A stretch of 64,000 nucleotides of DNA from an uncultured Desulfobacter sp. (GCA_963665095.1 OY762069.1:3840001-3904000); one strand, 5' to 3'; counted from the first letter of the stretch, positions 52,062 through 61,220 are shown. The notes: generated by a model from the letters alone, not told the origin. Numbers and translations are program-made.

Positions 52062-52376
52062 TGATACCTTAGCCCCTCTTTATCAAACCCGCATATATAG
52101 TTCTGACTCTTCTGCACACATCCTCCCATAAATTTCATGCCGGAAGGCAGGTTCAGGGCTTGTAACTTGCTTATTGTTTGATGCAGCTTGCCAATAAAAT
52201 TGATTATCACCGGATAAAAAAACATTTAAAAATAAGGGGTTCCCTGATAGACATACATTCAGGTCGATGATAGGACACTAATCGGGGGTTAATCTCCATT
52301 GTTTTGATTGTCTGCTTTTTATTTTAAGCAGAAACTGTTTCCGGGTTGAAAGTACGCGAACTGGTAAAATACGGAA

Positions 52377-52440
52377 TCTGCCTATTGGCCTATTCTGTAT
52401 ATCACCATATCCGCTCATTCTGCCTATTTCACTGTTAGCG
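52377..52440 (+). other. attI-like integron recombination site
   Basis: GCCTATT-TCACT-GTTAGCG (L box, 5-nt spacer, R box) preceded by two more GCCTATT repeats; no hairpin; GTTAGCG matches R'' AGCTAAC at the end of the next ORF (6/7). Confidence 0.6.
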
Positions 52441-52495
52441 TGTTAAAATCGACCATGGATATCATTAAACATACAATGGGAAAAAAGGAAATTTA

Positions 52496-52867
52496 TTGAC
52501 AATAGTTTTCATCATTCTTTGTGTTTCTGTATATATTTTGGAGGGAATACCAATTAACCCTTTTGCTTTTTGGAATATGGTCCCTCTTGTTCTTGGATAT
52601 ATAGTATTGAAGAGTAGCTTTAAAAGCAAAAGCTATGCCAATAAATTGGGGGGTATTGGATTCGCTACAGGTGCGACCATCATAGTCTTTTTTAGTCATT
52701 TCGCATGGTTTTTTGATTGGTGGGCAACTAAAACTGGTTCATCTACAGCTGGCCTTATATTTATTTTTATTCCGCTATACGCAATTGGCGGTAGTCTTGT
52801 TCTGGGATTAATAACATCACTAATTGGAGTGATATGCGATAAAACCATAAACGTAAAAAAGCTATGA
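52496..52867 (+). CDS. Cassette 1: small hypothetical membrane protein
   Basis: AAGGA RBS and TTG start; about 4 hydrophobic segments; stop 3 nt before R'' AGCTAAC. Confidence 0.75.
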   Translation: MTIVFIILCVSVYILEGIPINPFAFWNMVPLVLGYIVLKSSFKSKSYANKLGGIGFATGATIIVFFSHFAWFFDWWATKTGSSTAGLIFIFIPLYAIGGSLVLGLITSLIGVICDKTINVKKL

Positions 52868-52870
52868 TTC

Positions 52871-52928
52871 AGCTAACCAATAAGGATTGATGCGACCTGA
52901 CAAGGTCGCTTTCAATCCATTGTTCAAG
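52871..52928 (+). repeat. Atypical attC-like hairpin at the left end of the IS91-like element
   Basis: AGCTAAC-caataa-GGATTGATGCGACC-tgacaa-GGTCGCTTTCAATCC-att-GTTCAAG. Confidence 0.65.
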
Positions 52929-53178
52929 AAGCCCGGGTTTCATATGGGTAAAGATTGATTGTGGTGCAGGCGGGGTAGGCAAGCACAGGGTGGAAATTGA
53001 TAAAAAGTGCTTGCCGGTATGCTTTAACTTTTCAATTTTGAATAATTTTGACGTCGTTCTTTGAAAAACAGGACAGGTTCAGGGTTCGTTTTTCGGCCGC
53101 AGGACGTACTCGTCCCTGACGGTTCAGAAAACCGTTAAAAAACATGTATCCTAAAACCCGTTCCCTTTACGTTGAAGC

Positions 53179-54279
53179 CTATCCGAACCCAAAATCAGGC
53201 AACGGTAAGGGGCGGATATAGTAGATGTGACATCTGAGCTTGAGGCCCGCCCCGCATTCCGGGCAAATTGGCTTTGGCGAAGATTTGGGTGTTTCTATAG
53301 GCCGCTGTTCTTTGAACCCCAGGGTTGACTGGATAAGTGAACGGATTCGTTCAAGCGGGATGGAAGATCCCGGTCCCATGAAGCCATAATATCGGATTTT
53401 CATAAATCCTGTGGGCAGGACATGCTGAAGGAACCTGCGCATAAATTCCATTGTATCAAGGGTCATTTTCCGCAGGCGCCGGCTGCCGGGCTTTTTATAA
53501 TGGAACATCACCTTCTGCTGATCGTAATGGATAATCCGGTAGTCGGAAATCGCCACTTTGAACACATAGGGGGCCAGGTATTTGATACTGTGGTGACTGG
53601 AAACGGCCTGGGAATTTACGTTGAACGGCTTTGACCAGACGTCCGGAGCAATACTTTGAAGTATTCCGGCCGTATTCAGCTGGGTTTTAAGCTTTGCTCT
53701 GAACACCTTGGACATGGCTTTGACCGGAGCGAAGAAGGCCGGACGGCAGGGATGCCATTTGCCGTCGGTCCGGGAATATGCTCCGCCGGGAACAACATAA
53801 TGGATGTGCGGATGATACTGCATGGTCCGTCCCCAGGTGTGAAGGACTCCAAAAAAGCCGGGCAGATCACCGCCGATGAATTTGCTGTCCCTGGCAAAGG
53901 CTTTAAGTGTCTGTGAGGATGCCGCAAACAGTGCCGCATAGGCCTCCTTCTGGTTGCTTCGAAACAGAGCGCGCAATTGTTCCGGGATGGTAAATGTTAT
54001 CAGAAAATGAGGGCCCGGCAGTTGTCGTTCCAGCTGCCGGTCACGCCACTGGCGGGTTTTATGGTACTGGCATATGGGGCAGTGACGGTTTCCACAGGAA
54101 CGAAAACCGAAATGTATCCGGCCGCAGCCGGTACAATCATAGACCACCAGGCCGCAGGCAGACGTCCGGCAGGAAATGATTGCCTTCAAGGCTTTTATGT
54201 GATTTTTTGGAATGCGGGTTTTATACCGATGGAGGTATTCCCGGGCTGACCGGGCAAAAATGTTTTGAATGGCTCCCAT
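53179..54279 (-). CDS. IS91-family rolling-circle transposase
   Basis: Zn-binding CRT...C..C...SCGNRHCPICQ; HUH in LHTWG...HPHIH; YLAPY (YxxxY); FLQHVLPTGFMKIRYYG. Confidence 0.92.
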   Translation of the reverse strand: MGAIQNIFARSAREYLHRYKTRIPKNHIKALKAIISCRTSACGLVVYDCTGCGRIHFGFRSCGNRHCPICQYHKTRQWRDRQLERQLPGPHFLITFTIPEQLRALFRSNQKEAYAALFAASSQTLKAFARDSKFIGGDLPGFFGVLHTWGRTMQYHPHIHYVVPGGAYSRTDGKWHPCRPAFFAPVKAMSKVFRAKLKTQLNTAGILQSIAPDVWSKPFNVNSQAVSSHHSIKYLAPYVFKVAISDYRIIHYDQQKVMFHYKKPGSRRLRKMTLDTMEFMRRFLQHVLPTGFMKIRYYGFMGPGSSIPLERIRSLIQSTLGFKEQRPIETPKSSPKPICPECGAGLKLRCHIYYIRPLPLPDFGFG

Positions 54280-54281
54280 GG

Positions 54282-55151
54282 CTACACCTCCTTCATCAGA
54301 TCATTGATAAGTCCGCAGGCGTGTTCATGCCCCTGGGTGGTCAGATGCAGGTAAACCATGGTGGTGGTCAGACTGCTGTGGCCCAGATACTGCTGGATGC
54401 GCCGGATGTTGACACCTGCTTCGAGCAGATGGGTGGCGTAGCTGTGGCGAAGGGTGTGGATGGTGACCCGTTTTGTGATGGGCAAAGAGGTCAGTGTCTG
54501 TCTCAGGGCTCCCCTGACGGAATTGCTCCTCATGGGTTCTTCTGCTGTTGAGGCTTCTTTGCCGTTGCGTCCAAGTTTTGGAAAGATCAGTTTGGGGTTG
54601 CGATGGGTGGCCCAGTATTCACGCAGAATAAAAAGTGTCTTTTCAGGCAGCGGCACGTATCGGTCCTTTGCGCCTTTGCCCCGATGGACATGGATGAACA
54701 TGCGCTGGCTGTCAATGTCCCTGACCTGGAGGCTCAATCCCTCATTGAGCCTGAGACCGCAGGAGTAGACAGTGGTCAGGTAGGCTTTGTTCCAGGGTGT
54801 CCGGACAGCAGTAAGAATGGACTTAACCTCGTTAATACTGAGTACGGATGGTAACCGCTGTTCCCGTTTGGCATTAATCAGGGCAAGCGTATGCCAGTCC
54901 CGCTGCAGCACATTGATGAAGAAGAACTTTATGCCGCTGTAGCAGATACGCATGGTGGCGGCAGACCATTGATCAACGTTTTTGCGATGGAGAAAATAAT
55001 CCTGCAGTTCCCGCTCGGTGATTTCATCAGGGGTTTTGCCGAAGAAATCGACCAGCATACGGATAGCGCGGGTGTAGTTCTTTTGAGTGGAAGTGCTCAT
55101 CCCGGCAAGTTGCAGGGCCCTCATTGATTGTTGATAATAATCGCTCATCAT
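54282..55151 (-). CDS. Tyrosine recombinase (SAM_4-type N-terminus; not an IntI)
   Basis: [54 protein letters not shown] before MMSDYY. Confidence 0.92.
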   Translation of the reverse strand: MMSDYYQQSMRALQLAGMSTSTQKNYTRAIRMLVDFFGKTPDEITERELQDYFLHRKNVDQWSAATMRICYSGIKFFFINVLQRDWHTLALINAKREQRLPSVLSINEVKSILTAVRTPWNKAYLTTVYSCGLRLNEGLSLQVRDIDSQRMFIHVHRGKGAKDRYVPLPEKTLFILREYWATHRNPKLIFPKLGRNGKEASTAEEPMRSNSVRGALRQTLTSLPITKRVTIHTLRHSYATHLLEAGVNIRRIQQYLGHSSLTTTMVYLHLTTQGHEHACGLINDLMKEV

Positions 55152-55278
55152 ACCGTCTCCTTTCATGTGAAGGGTTAATTGGATTGGCGTCCAGATACGA
55201 TACGATGAAAATGACGGGCAATGCAACTTGCCGATTTTATTAATTAGAGTAGTTGTTTGGCTGCCGCGTAGCGGCTTA

Positions 55279-55405
55279 CTTGAACAAGCCGCTCCAGCCG
55301 ACCCGGGGGGCCTAGCGACTTTTGAAAGACCTTGATTTTTGAAAGGATTGGGCTTTTACAACGCGCTCGGCAATTTGCCCCGGTCGGCTGAGCTTGTCGT
55401 TGTGC
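55279..55405 (+). repeat. attC site (long type)
   Basis: CTTGAAC-aagcc-GCTCCAGCCGACCCGGGG...CCCCGGTCGGCTGAGC-ttgtc-GTTGTGC; homologous to 62694-62815. Confidence 0.88.
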
Positions 55406-55432
55406 CTTTAAAATCCAAAGAGGAATTTTAAA

Positions 55433-56173
55433 ATGTTGCTTTCCACTAAAATTGCGATTTGCTCCTCAATTATTGCGTTCGGGGCACTGGCTGTTTCTAT
55501 AGCATCTCTTTGGAAGACTCATCTTTCAAAATTCAATCCAGTATCAGCTGTTGGCCGTATACGCCATCGCATTTATCCGATCAAAAATGAGGAACAACGT
55601 TGGTTTATTTCAAGTTTCGACATACCGCTAACCATAACAAACGATGGTGCTCGTACTGGGAAGATATTGGATCTTCGCCTCATACTACATTTCCCAGAAA
55701 TTCCAATTCCAAACAATCAAGAAAGTATTAAGCCGACATTTGAAATAAGCCCTTCTGATGCACGGAAAATAGACAAAAGAAGATTTGAATGGATTGAAGA
55801 AATTGTGATAGGAGAATGGATGCCTTTTATTATTCTTCCTAAAAAAACAATCAGAAAACATATAGTTTTTGAAACGCGATGGGATGACCCTGTCATTCAA
55901 AATCAAATAGAAGCGGAACTTGAACTACTTACCGATTCCTCTATAAAATGGAAAAAAGTCTGTAGTTGGAATTTGTTTCTTGATGCCGCATCTTGGGGTG
56001 AGCGTGCAAATCGGGGTACATCTTTTTATTATCACCCAAAAGGATTTCAGTTTGATTATGGCAAGTGTTATCCCAAAGACCTTCATAAATATACAGGATC
56101 AAAGGAAGAGATACCGCTTAACGGATATGATGCGGCACCATCATATTTAGATTTTCCAGAAAATAAAGAATAA
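55433..56173 (+). CDS. Cassette: hypothetical protein with N-terminal TM helix
   Basis: AGAGGA RBS; 246-aa AT-rich ORF filling the space between two attC sites. Confidence 0.8.
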   Translation: MLLSTKIAICSSIIAFGALAVSIASLWKTHLSKFNPVSAVGRIRHRIYPIKNEEQRWFISSFDIPLTITNDGARTGKILDLRLILHFPEIPIPNNQESIKPTFEISPSDARKIDKRRFEWIEEIVIGEWMPFIILPKKTIRKHIVFETRWDDPVIQNQIEAELELLTDSSIKWKKVCSWNLFLDAASWGERANRGTSFYYHPKGFQFDYGKCYPKDLHKYTGSKEEIPLNGYDAAPSYLDFPENKE

Positions 56174-56184
56174 GCTAAATATTT

Positions 56185-56311
56185 GCACAAAACGCTGGAG
56201 AGGGACCAGGCTTACTGCGCGGCCTTTCGGGAGTGCCTGGTCCAGGAAAATTAAAACTTTTATCGGAGCTTTTAGGGTTTAAAAGCCTGGCCCCTCAGCT
56301 CCCCGTTGGCC
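56185..56311 (+). repeat. attC site with eroded R'' box
   Basis: GCAC-aaaac-GCTGGAGAGGGACCAGGCTT...AAGCCTGGCCCCTCAGC-tcccc-GTTGGCC; expected R'' is GCACAAC. Confidence 0.82.
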
Positions 56312-56344
56312 CTTTAACTTCAAAAATGAAACAGAGGGAATAAT

Positions 56345-57718
56345 ATGCATATGCAACGTATGGACTGGGAAAAGTTGTTAGCTGAAGAACGGTGTGGTTC
56401 TGAGACAAAAAAAAGTAATGATGGTCGAAGTCAATTCCAAAAAGATATTGATAGGATTACATTTTCAAGCTCATTCCGAAGATTGGGAAGGAAAACGCAA
56501 GTTCACCCGCTGAATGAAAACGATCATATACATACTCGTTTGTCTCATAGCTTGGAGGTTGCCTGCGTTGGAAGAAGCCTTGGCCTTATGTTGGGGTATT
56601 TTTTAGAATCTATAAAGGAACTCCCCAAAAATATAACCCCTTCAAATGTTGGTGAAATTTTACGTGCTGCCTGCTTGGCTCATGATATTGGGAACCCTCC
56701 TTTTGGCCATGCCGGTGAAGAAGTCATAAAAAAATGGTTTACGCAAGCTTTTCAGGCATCGGAATTAAAAAACAGAATAACACCTAAAGCTTATGAATCA
56801 GATTTTACATGCTACGATGGTAATGCAATGGCATTTCGGATTGTTGTATATAAAGAGTATTATACAGGTAACGGAGGGATGAGACTTACCTATCCAACAA
56901 TAGGGGCAATGTTGAAGTATCCTTGGACTTCACACTACGTCGAAAAAAAGGAAAAATTTAGTTGTTTTATTTCTGAATTTGATGTCTTTACTAAAATTTG
57001 CGAAAAATTAGGACTTAATTGCATAGAAAAATCTATTGAGGAAAGAAAAGCGAAATTTGTACGCCATCCATTGGCATTTATGGTCGAGGCAGCAGATGAT
57101 ATTTGCTATAAAATATTAGATATAGAAGATGCAGTTGAGTTAGGTCTGTTGGACCCTTGCTTTATGGAACAACAATTCAAATCTAAATTACGCCTAAAAG
57201 ATGAAGAGAATGAACTTTTAAGTTCTGAATTGGTTTCAAGGAGGACGAAGAATGCTTTATTACGTGGAAAAATGATGGAGCTTTTAATATCTGATACATT
57301 TCAAGTTTTTAAGGATAATTACAATCAAATAATGGAAGGTAGCTACAACACAGGCTTAATCGATACGAAAACTAAAGAAAGTTGCAATGCCCTTAATGAC
57401 GCATATCAATACGTAATTGATACTGTGTATTCAAGTAGACGTAAAACATTAATTGAAATCGGGGCATTTTCAACAATTGGTCATTTACTAGACACACTCA
57501 GTGAGGCGGCCTTTCAAGTTTGTTTCTTAGAAAAAAATCGTCGATCTTATAAAACAAAAAAAATTTGTGAGCTATTAAAATCGAATATCCCCGATGTTTC
57601 TAAGCCAGATCCCGCATCGTTTTATTATGGACTTATGTTTGCTTTAGATTATGTAACAGGAATGACTGATCAATATGCAACATCAATGAACAAAAAAATT
57701 TTGGGACTTGATGTATAA
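56345..57718 (+). CDS. dgt: Cassette: dGTP triphosphohydrolase (HD superfamily), candidate anti-phage dGTPase
   Basis: FRRLGRKTQV, HTRLSHSLEV, LAHDIGNPPFGHAGE, DGNA, EAADDICY, DYVTGMTDQYA. Confidence 0.92.
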   Translation: MHMQRMDWEKLLAEERCGSETKKSNDGRSQFQKDIDRITFSSSFRRLGRKTQVHPLNENDHIHTRLSHSLEVACVGRSLGLMLGYFLESIKELPKNITPSNVGEILRAACLAHDIGNPPFGHAGEEVIKKWFTQAFQASELKNRITPKAYESDFTCYDGNAMAFRIVVYKEYYTGNGGMRLTYPTIGAMLKYPWTSHYVEKKEKFSCFISEFDVFTKICEKLGLNCIEKSIEERKAKFVRHPLAFMVEAADDICYKILDIEDAVELGLLDPCFMEQQFKSKLRLKDEENELLSSELVSRRTKNALLRGKMMELLISDTFQVFKDNYNQIMEGSYNTGLIDTKTKESCNALNDAYQYVIDTVYSSRRKTLIEIGAFSTIGHLLDTLSEAAFQVCFLEKNRRSYKTKKICELLKSNIPDVSKPDPASFYYGLMFALDYVTGMTDQYATSMNKKILGLDV

Positions 57719-57723
57719 AATTC

Positions 57724-57775
57724 GGCCTGCATTGCACCTGACTCGCGGAGCTCGCCGATGAATTTTACGTTATGT
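57724..57775 (+). repeat. Short attC site with eroded R'' box
   Basis: GGCC-tgc-ATTGCACCTGACTCGCGGAGCTCGCCGATGAAT-tttac-GTTATGT; expected R'' is GGCCAAC. Confidence 0.65.
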
Positions 57776-57811
57776 GTAAGATGTAAGAAAATAAAGGATC
57801 ATCATGAAATA

Positions 57812-58412
57812 TGAACTTTAGAACACGTTTATCCTTTGTCTTAGTAGCCAGTCTGCTCATCAAACGGTCGTGGTTCACCCTGTCAAAGAATTTTGACAGA
57901 TCCATGTCAACGGTATATCCGTACCCTGAAGCCAGATGATGCCTGGCCCTGAAGATTGCTTTATGCTGAGATTTTCCCGGCCTGAATCCAAAACTCGAAT
58001 TAGAAAAGGAAGGGTCCCAGATCTCTTGCAGAACCTGGCCTATTGCCTGTTGGATCAGACGATCCAGAATAGTGGGAATACCAAGCAGTCTTACGCCTCC
58101 CCCTGGCTTTGGAATTTCTTTCCTCCTGACCGGGGATGGCTTGTACCTGCCGTTTAACAGGTCTTCCCTGATTTTAGGCCAATGGCGTTTAAGGTATCCC
58201 GGCAGTTGCTCAACAGTCATCTTGTCGATACCGGGTGCCCCTTTGTTACCACGGACCCGTGCTAGTGCTTTAAACATATTTCCCCTCTCAAGGATCATCT
58301 CCATGAGCCTGGGACTTTTTGCCAGATGTTCGGTAAACAGATACGCTACAGTTATTTCAGGCGGCTGCTGCATGATAACCATAAGTAATATGCTCCTAAT
58401 AATCGTTTTCAT
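57812..58412 (-). pseudogene. ltrA: Truncated class C group II intron reverse transcriptase
   Basis: RVRGNKGAPGIDKM, YKPSPVRRKEIPKPGGGVRLLGIPT, DMDLSKFFDRVNHD; stops before PQG and YADD. Confidence 0.88.
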
Positions 58413-58888
58413 TTACCCGAACCGCTGGTCCGGGCACCGTTCGGGCCTTCACCGGGGTGAGTCCTCCGTGTTGTTCACAGCTCGTTTCCACCGGCTAATA
58501 TACCCTCTGCTGACTTCTCCCATGCGGTCAGGACAGGTTACCCTGCCCTCAGCCGTAAGGCACATGGGAGACCTCCCGGGGTAAACACATGTCTTTCGGT
58601 ACGTGGGCGCCGGGTTTACGGACACCCTATAATGGATAGAGGACTTCGTCTTGTTGTGCAGACTCGTCCCAGTGTGGACGCCTTATACCCGATTTCTGTA
58701 CGTCACCCCGTACCTTTGCGGTACCCTGCCTCGGCAGGGCGGCTTCCTTCCGAAGTACCGTCGCCGGCACTCCGTTGCCATACCGCTATACCCTTCGCCT
58801 CCATCTGGCTGGGTTTGGGACTTGCCTTGACTTCCAAATACGGAAATCATAGGCTCACCCTTAAGAGCATGTGCCGTGCCCGGCACAC
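57812..58888 (-). mobile_element. Group IIC-attC intron, 3'-truncated
   Basis: 5' end GTGTGCCGGGC at 58888 directly after bottom-strand TTGT of an attC; about 470 nt of RNA domains, then the RT ORF. Left boundary approximate. Confidence 0.88.
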
Positions 58889-58935
58889 ACAATCCAAATG
58901 AAGACGGATAAACCGCTTATTTGGAAACGTTAGGC
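58889..58935 (+). repeat. attC site whose R'' is split by the IIC intron
   Basis: ACAAT-CCAAATGAAGACGG-ATAAA-CCGCTTATTTGG-AAAC-GTTAGGC. Confidence 0.88.
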
Positions 58936-58953
58936 ATACAAATAATTGGAGTG

Positions 58954-59610
58954 ATGATGAGCCTAAATATTACACGAAAACTGTTGTTTATTTATTTGCT
59001 AGCCACATCGATGCTTATAGCTATTGCATTCGTAAGTGTGGTATTCAATATTAGCATTCCCACATTTACCAGGGATGTTACAGCCATTGCAAATATTCAC
59101 CCTTTTTCAGGGATTCTTTCGAATTTAGGAATTTATCTGTGGTGTATATCCGCATCGTCTAGTTTCTTTGCCGCTATGGTGCTGCTAGAATTAAAACAGA
59201 TAAAAAGCTTTTCGTTTTTATTTAGTTCAGCCCTATTATCAACATATCTCATGCTTGACGATGCATTTCTAATTCATGAGGATTTATTTTCCAGATTTTT
59301 GGGTGTGAGTGAAAAAGTTATCTTTGTCATATTAGGAATAGTTGTATTAGTATATCTAAAATACTTTATTCATATCATCTTGAAGACAAAATATATTACC
59401 CTGTTGTTGGCCTTCGCGTTTCTATCTTTATCTGTAGTGATTGATTCCATCCTTGAACCATGGCTGTGGCGTCTTGGTCACTGGGAATTCTTCATTGAAG
59501 ACGGAGCTAAATGGATAGGCATAGTAAGTTGGTGTATTTATTACGTGGGCACCTCTTTTCATTTTGTTGTAGATGCATATAAATTGCCTAACAAGGCACT
59601 CGGACAGTAA
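58954..59610 (+). CDS. Cassette: hypothetical multi-pass membrane protein
   Basis: GGAG RBS; about 7 TM segments with LDDAFLIHE and IEDGAKW motifs; stop lies inside the attC. Confidence 0.8.
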   Translation: MMSLNITRKLLFIYLLATSMLIAIAFVSVVFNISIPTFTRDVTAIANIHPFSGILSNLGIYLWCISASSSFFAAMVLLELKQIKSFSFLFSSALLSTYLMLDDAFLIHEDLFSRFLGVSEKVIFVILGIVVLVYLKYFIHIILKTKYITLLLAFAFLSLSVVIDSILEPWLWRLGHWEFFIEDGAKWIGIVSWCIYYVGTSFHFVVDAYKLPNKALGQ

Positions 59611-59661
59611 AAAGCGCCGCTACGCTTTGCTTTTTACTGCCGGTGATTTTCGGCGTTGGCT
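59586..59661 (+). repeat. Intact canonical attC site
   Basis: GCCTAAC-aaggc-ACTCGGACAGTAAAAAGC...GCTTTTTACTGCCGGTG...GTTGGCT. Confidence 0.92.
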
Positions 59662-60029
59662 ACGCAGATGGAAACAAAATCATCACCACAATGGAGTGAA
59701 GTGGACCCCATGTCAAGACCGATTTTAACGTTTTTTAAGCTACATTTTCTCTGTTTCTAATTTCGAATCAGCCTGTTAAAGACCCTCTTTTCCGGCATAT
59801 TTTTCTTGATATTTAATACCGCTATGTTATCCTCCCGCCGCCAACCCGGAGGATAGGGCAATGCTGGGAAGCAACCTGAGCGCCGTGGCTGGCGACGAAG
59901 ACATGGGGGCAGTATACGTTTAATGTATGCTGTCCTTCCCCCATGTTTTTGTCCTTAATGCGTTAAATCCTCGCGCCTTAGCGCGAAATCAATACCCCGT
60001 AGGGCCGCCGGAGGCATCAGGCCTTTCCT

Positions 60030-60836
60030 TTAAGCCGCTCGATAGACCGAAAACGGCACCTTATACCCCAGGGCTGAATGAAGTCTCTCCCGATTATAAA
60101 ACCCGATAAACGCTTTTAACGATTGCTGAGCCTCTCTTACCGTTCTGTAGTCCTTCAAATAGACTTCTTCGTATTTAATCGTTCTCCACAGCCGTTCCAC
60201 AAAAACGTTGTCCAAGGCTCTGCCCTTTGAATCCATGCTGATTTTGATGTTTTTAGCCTGGAGTATCTTCAAAAATTTTAATGAAGTGAACTGACTACCC
60301 TGGTCAGTGTTGAAAATCTCAGGTGTCGATACAATCAATGCCTCCTCAAGGGCCTCAATACAAAATGTATTCTCAAGGGTGTTACTGAGGCGCCATGAAA
60401 GGACATATCTGCTAAACCAATCCATAACCGCCGATAAGTACATAAATCCGTTTCCAATTCTAATGTATGTGATATCTGTACTCCATACCTGATCTGGCCT
60501 GTCAATTACGGCATTTTTCAGCAAATAGGGGTAAACTTTATGGCTTTCATCCCTCCTTGTTGTTTTAGGTCCTGGGTAAATCGCTTCTATTCTCATCAGC
60601 TTCATCAGGCGCTGTACTCGTTTCCTGCTTACCGGATACCCCATATTGTTCAGCCAGGCTGTAAGCCTACGGCTTCCATAAAAGGGGGTTTTGGTATGCT
60701 GCTCATCAAGCAGATCCATAAGGGTTAATGTATACGGGCTTATGGCTACCGGCCTGTAATACAACGCCCCTTTTGAAACCTGAAGCAGTTCACACTGCCG
60801 GTTAATGCTGATGGAAGGATGTTGTTTATCTATCAA
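60030..60836 (-). CDS. IS3 transposase OrfB
   Basis: WSTDITY, FNTDQGSQF, DNVFVERLWRTIKYE, YNRERLHSALGY. Confidence 0.92.
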   Translation of the reverse strand: MIDKQHPSISINRQCELLQVSKGALYYRPVAISPYTLTLMDLLDEQHTKTPFYGSRRLTAWLNNMGYPVSRKRVQRLMKLMRIEAIYPGPKTTRRDESHKVYPYLLKNAVIDRPDQVWSTDITYIRIGNGFMYLSAVMDWFSRYVLSWRLSNTLENTFCIEALEEALIVSTPEIFNTDQGSQFTSLKFLKILQAKNIKISMDSKGRALDNVFVERLWRTIKYEEVYLKDYRTVREAQQSLKAFIGFYNRERLHSALGYKVPFSVYRAA

Positions 60837-60846
60837 CCCCCTTCTG

Positions 60847-61131
60847 TCAGAGATTGATTGTATTAACCTTTTTTTTTAACCAGTCATTCTCAACTTCGAG
60901 CTGACCGATTTTCTTATATAATTCGTCTATTAGATTCTGAGTATCATTTGGGCTTTTCTTTTTCGCTGATGAAAACAACGTCGGAAGACCCTCTATCGCT
61001 TCTTTCTTCCATCTGTTTAACATAGTTCGATGAACCTGGTATTTGGATGACAACTCCGCAAGAGTTTCATTTTCTCGAATCACATCAACTACAACTTTAG
61101 CTTTGAACTTTCCGGTATAATTTTTTCTCAT
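60847..61131 (-). CDS. IS3 transposase OrfA
   Basis: KFKAKVV...TLAELSSKYQVH...WKK HTH; LYKKIGQLEVENDWLKKK. Confidence 0.9.
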   Translation of the reverse strand: MRKNYTGKFKAKVVVDVIRENETLAELSSKYQVHRTMLNRWKKEAIEGLPTLFSSAKKKSPNDTQNLIDELYKKIGQLEVENDWLKKKVNTINL

Positions 61132-61220
61132 GGACCTCCTTTTTCGGTACAAATTTGAACCGGGTTTTTATCACCTCATATGTACCTTAGCAACTGGTTC
61201 AAATTTCGGGGTCCATTATA

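Larger units (their letters stand above)
52878..55285 (-). mobile_element. Two-gene element: tyrosine recombinase plus IS91-like HUH (Y2) transposase, embedded at an attC site
   Basis: Bounded by AAC at 52875-52877 and 55283-55285; terminal hairpin GCCGC-GTA-GCGGC (55263-55275); CTTGAAC (55279) complementary to GTTCAAG (52922). Ends are model-dependent. Confidence 0.8.
59697..61220 (-). mobile_element. IS3-family insertion sequence
   Basis: Ends TGAAGTGGACCCC (59697) and GGGGTCCATTATA (61208-61220); orfA/orfB with A9G slippery site at about 60868-60877; no target duplication. Confidence 0.8.

Noticed and set aside
52058..52117. 19-aa minus-strand ORF with GGAGG RBS, divergent from attI, as an intI remnant
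   Set aside because: The position fits, but there is no recognisable integrase similarity and it is too short to support.
54282..55151. Tyrosine recombinase as the array's integron integrase (intI)
   Set aside because: It lacks the IntI-specific insertion between patch II and patch III (YVPLP...LIFP is short), lies inside the array, and is coupled to an IS91-like transposase.
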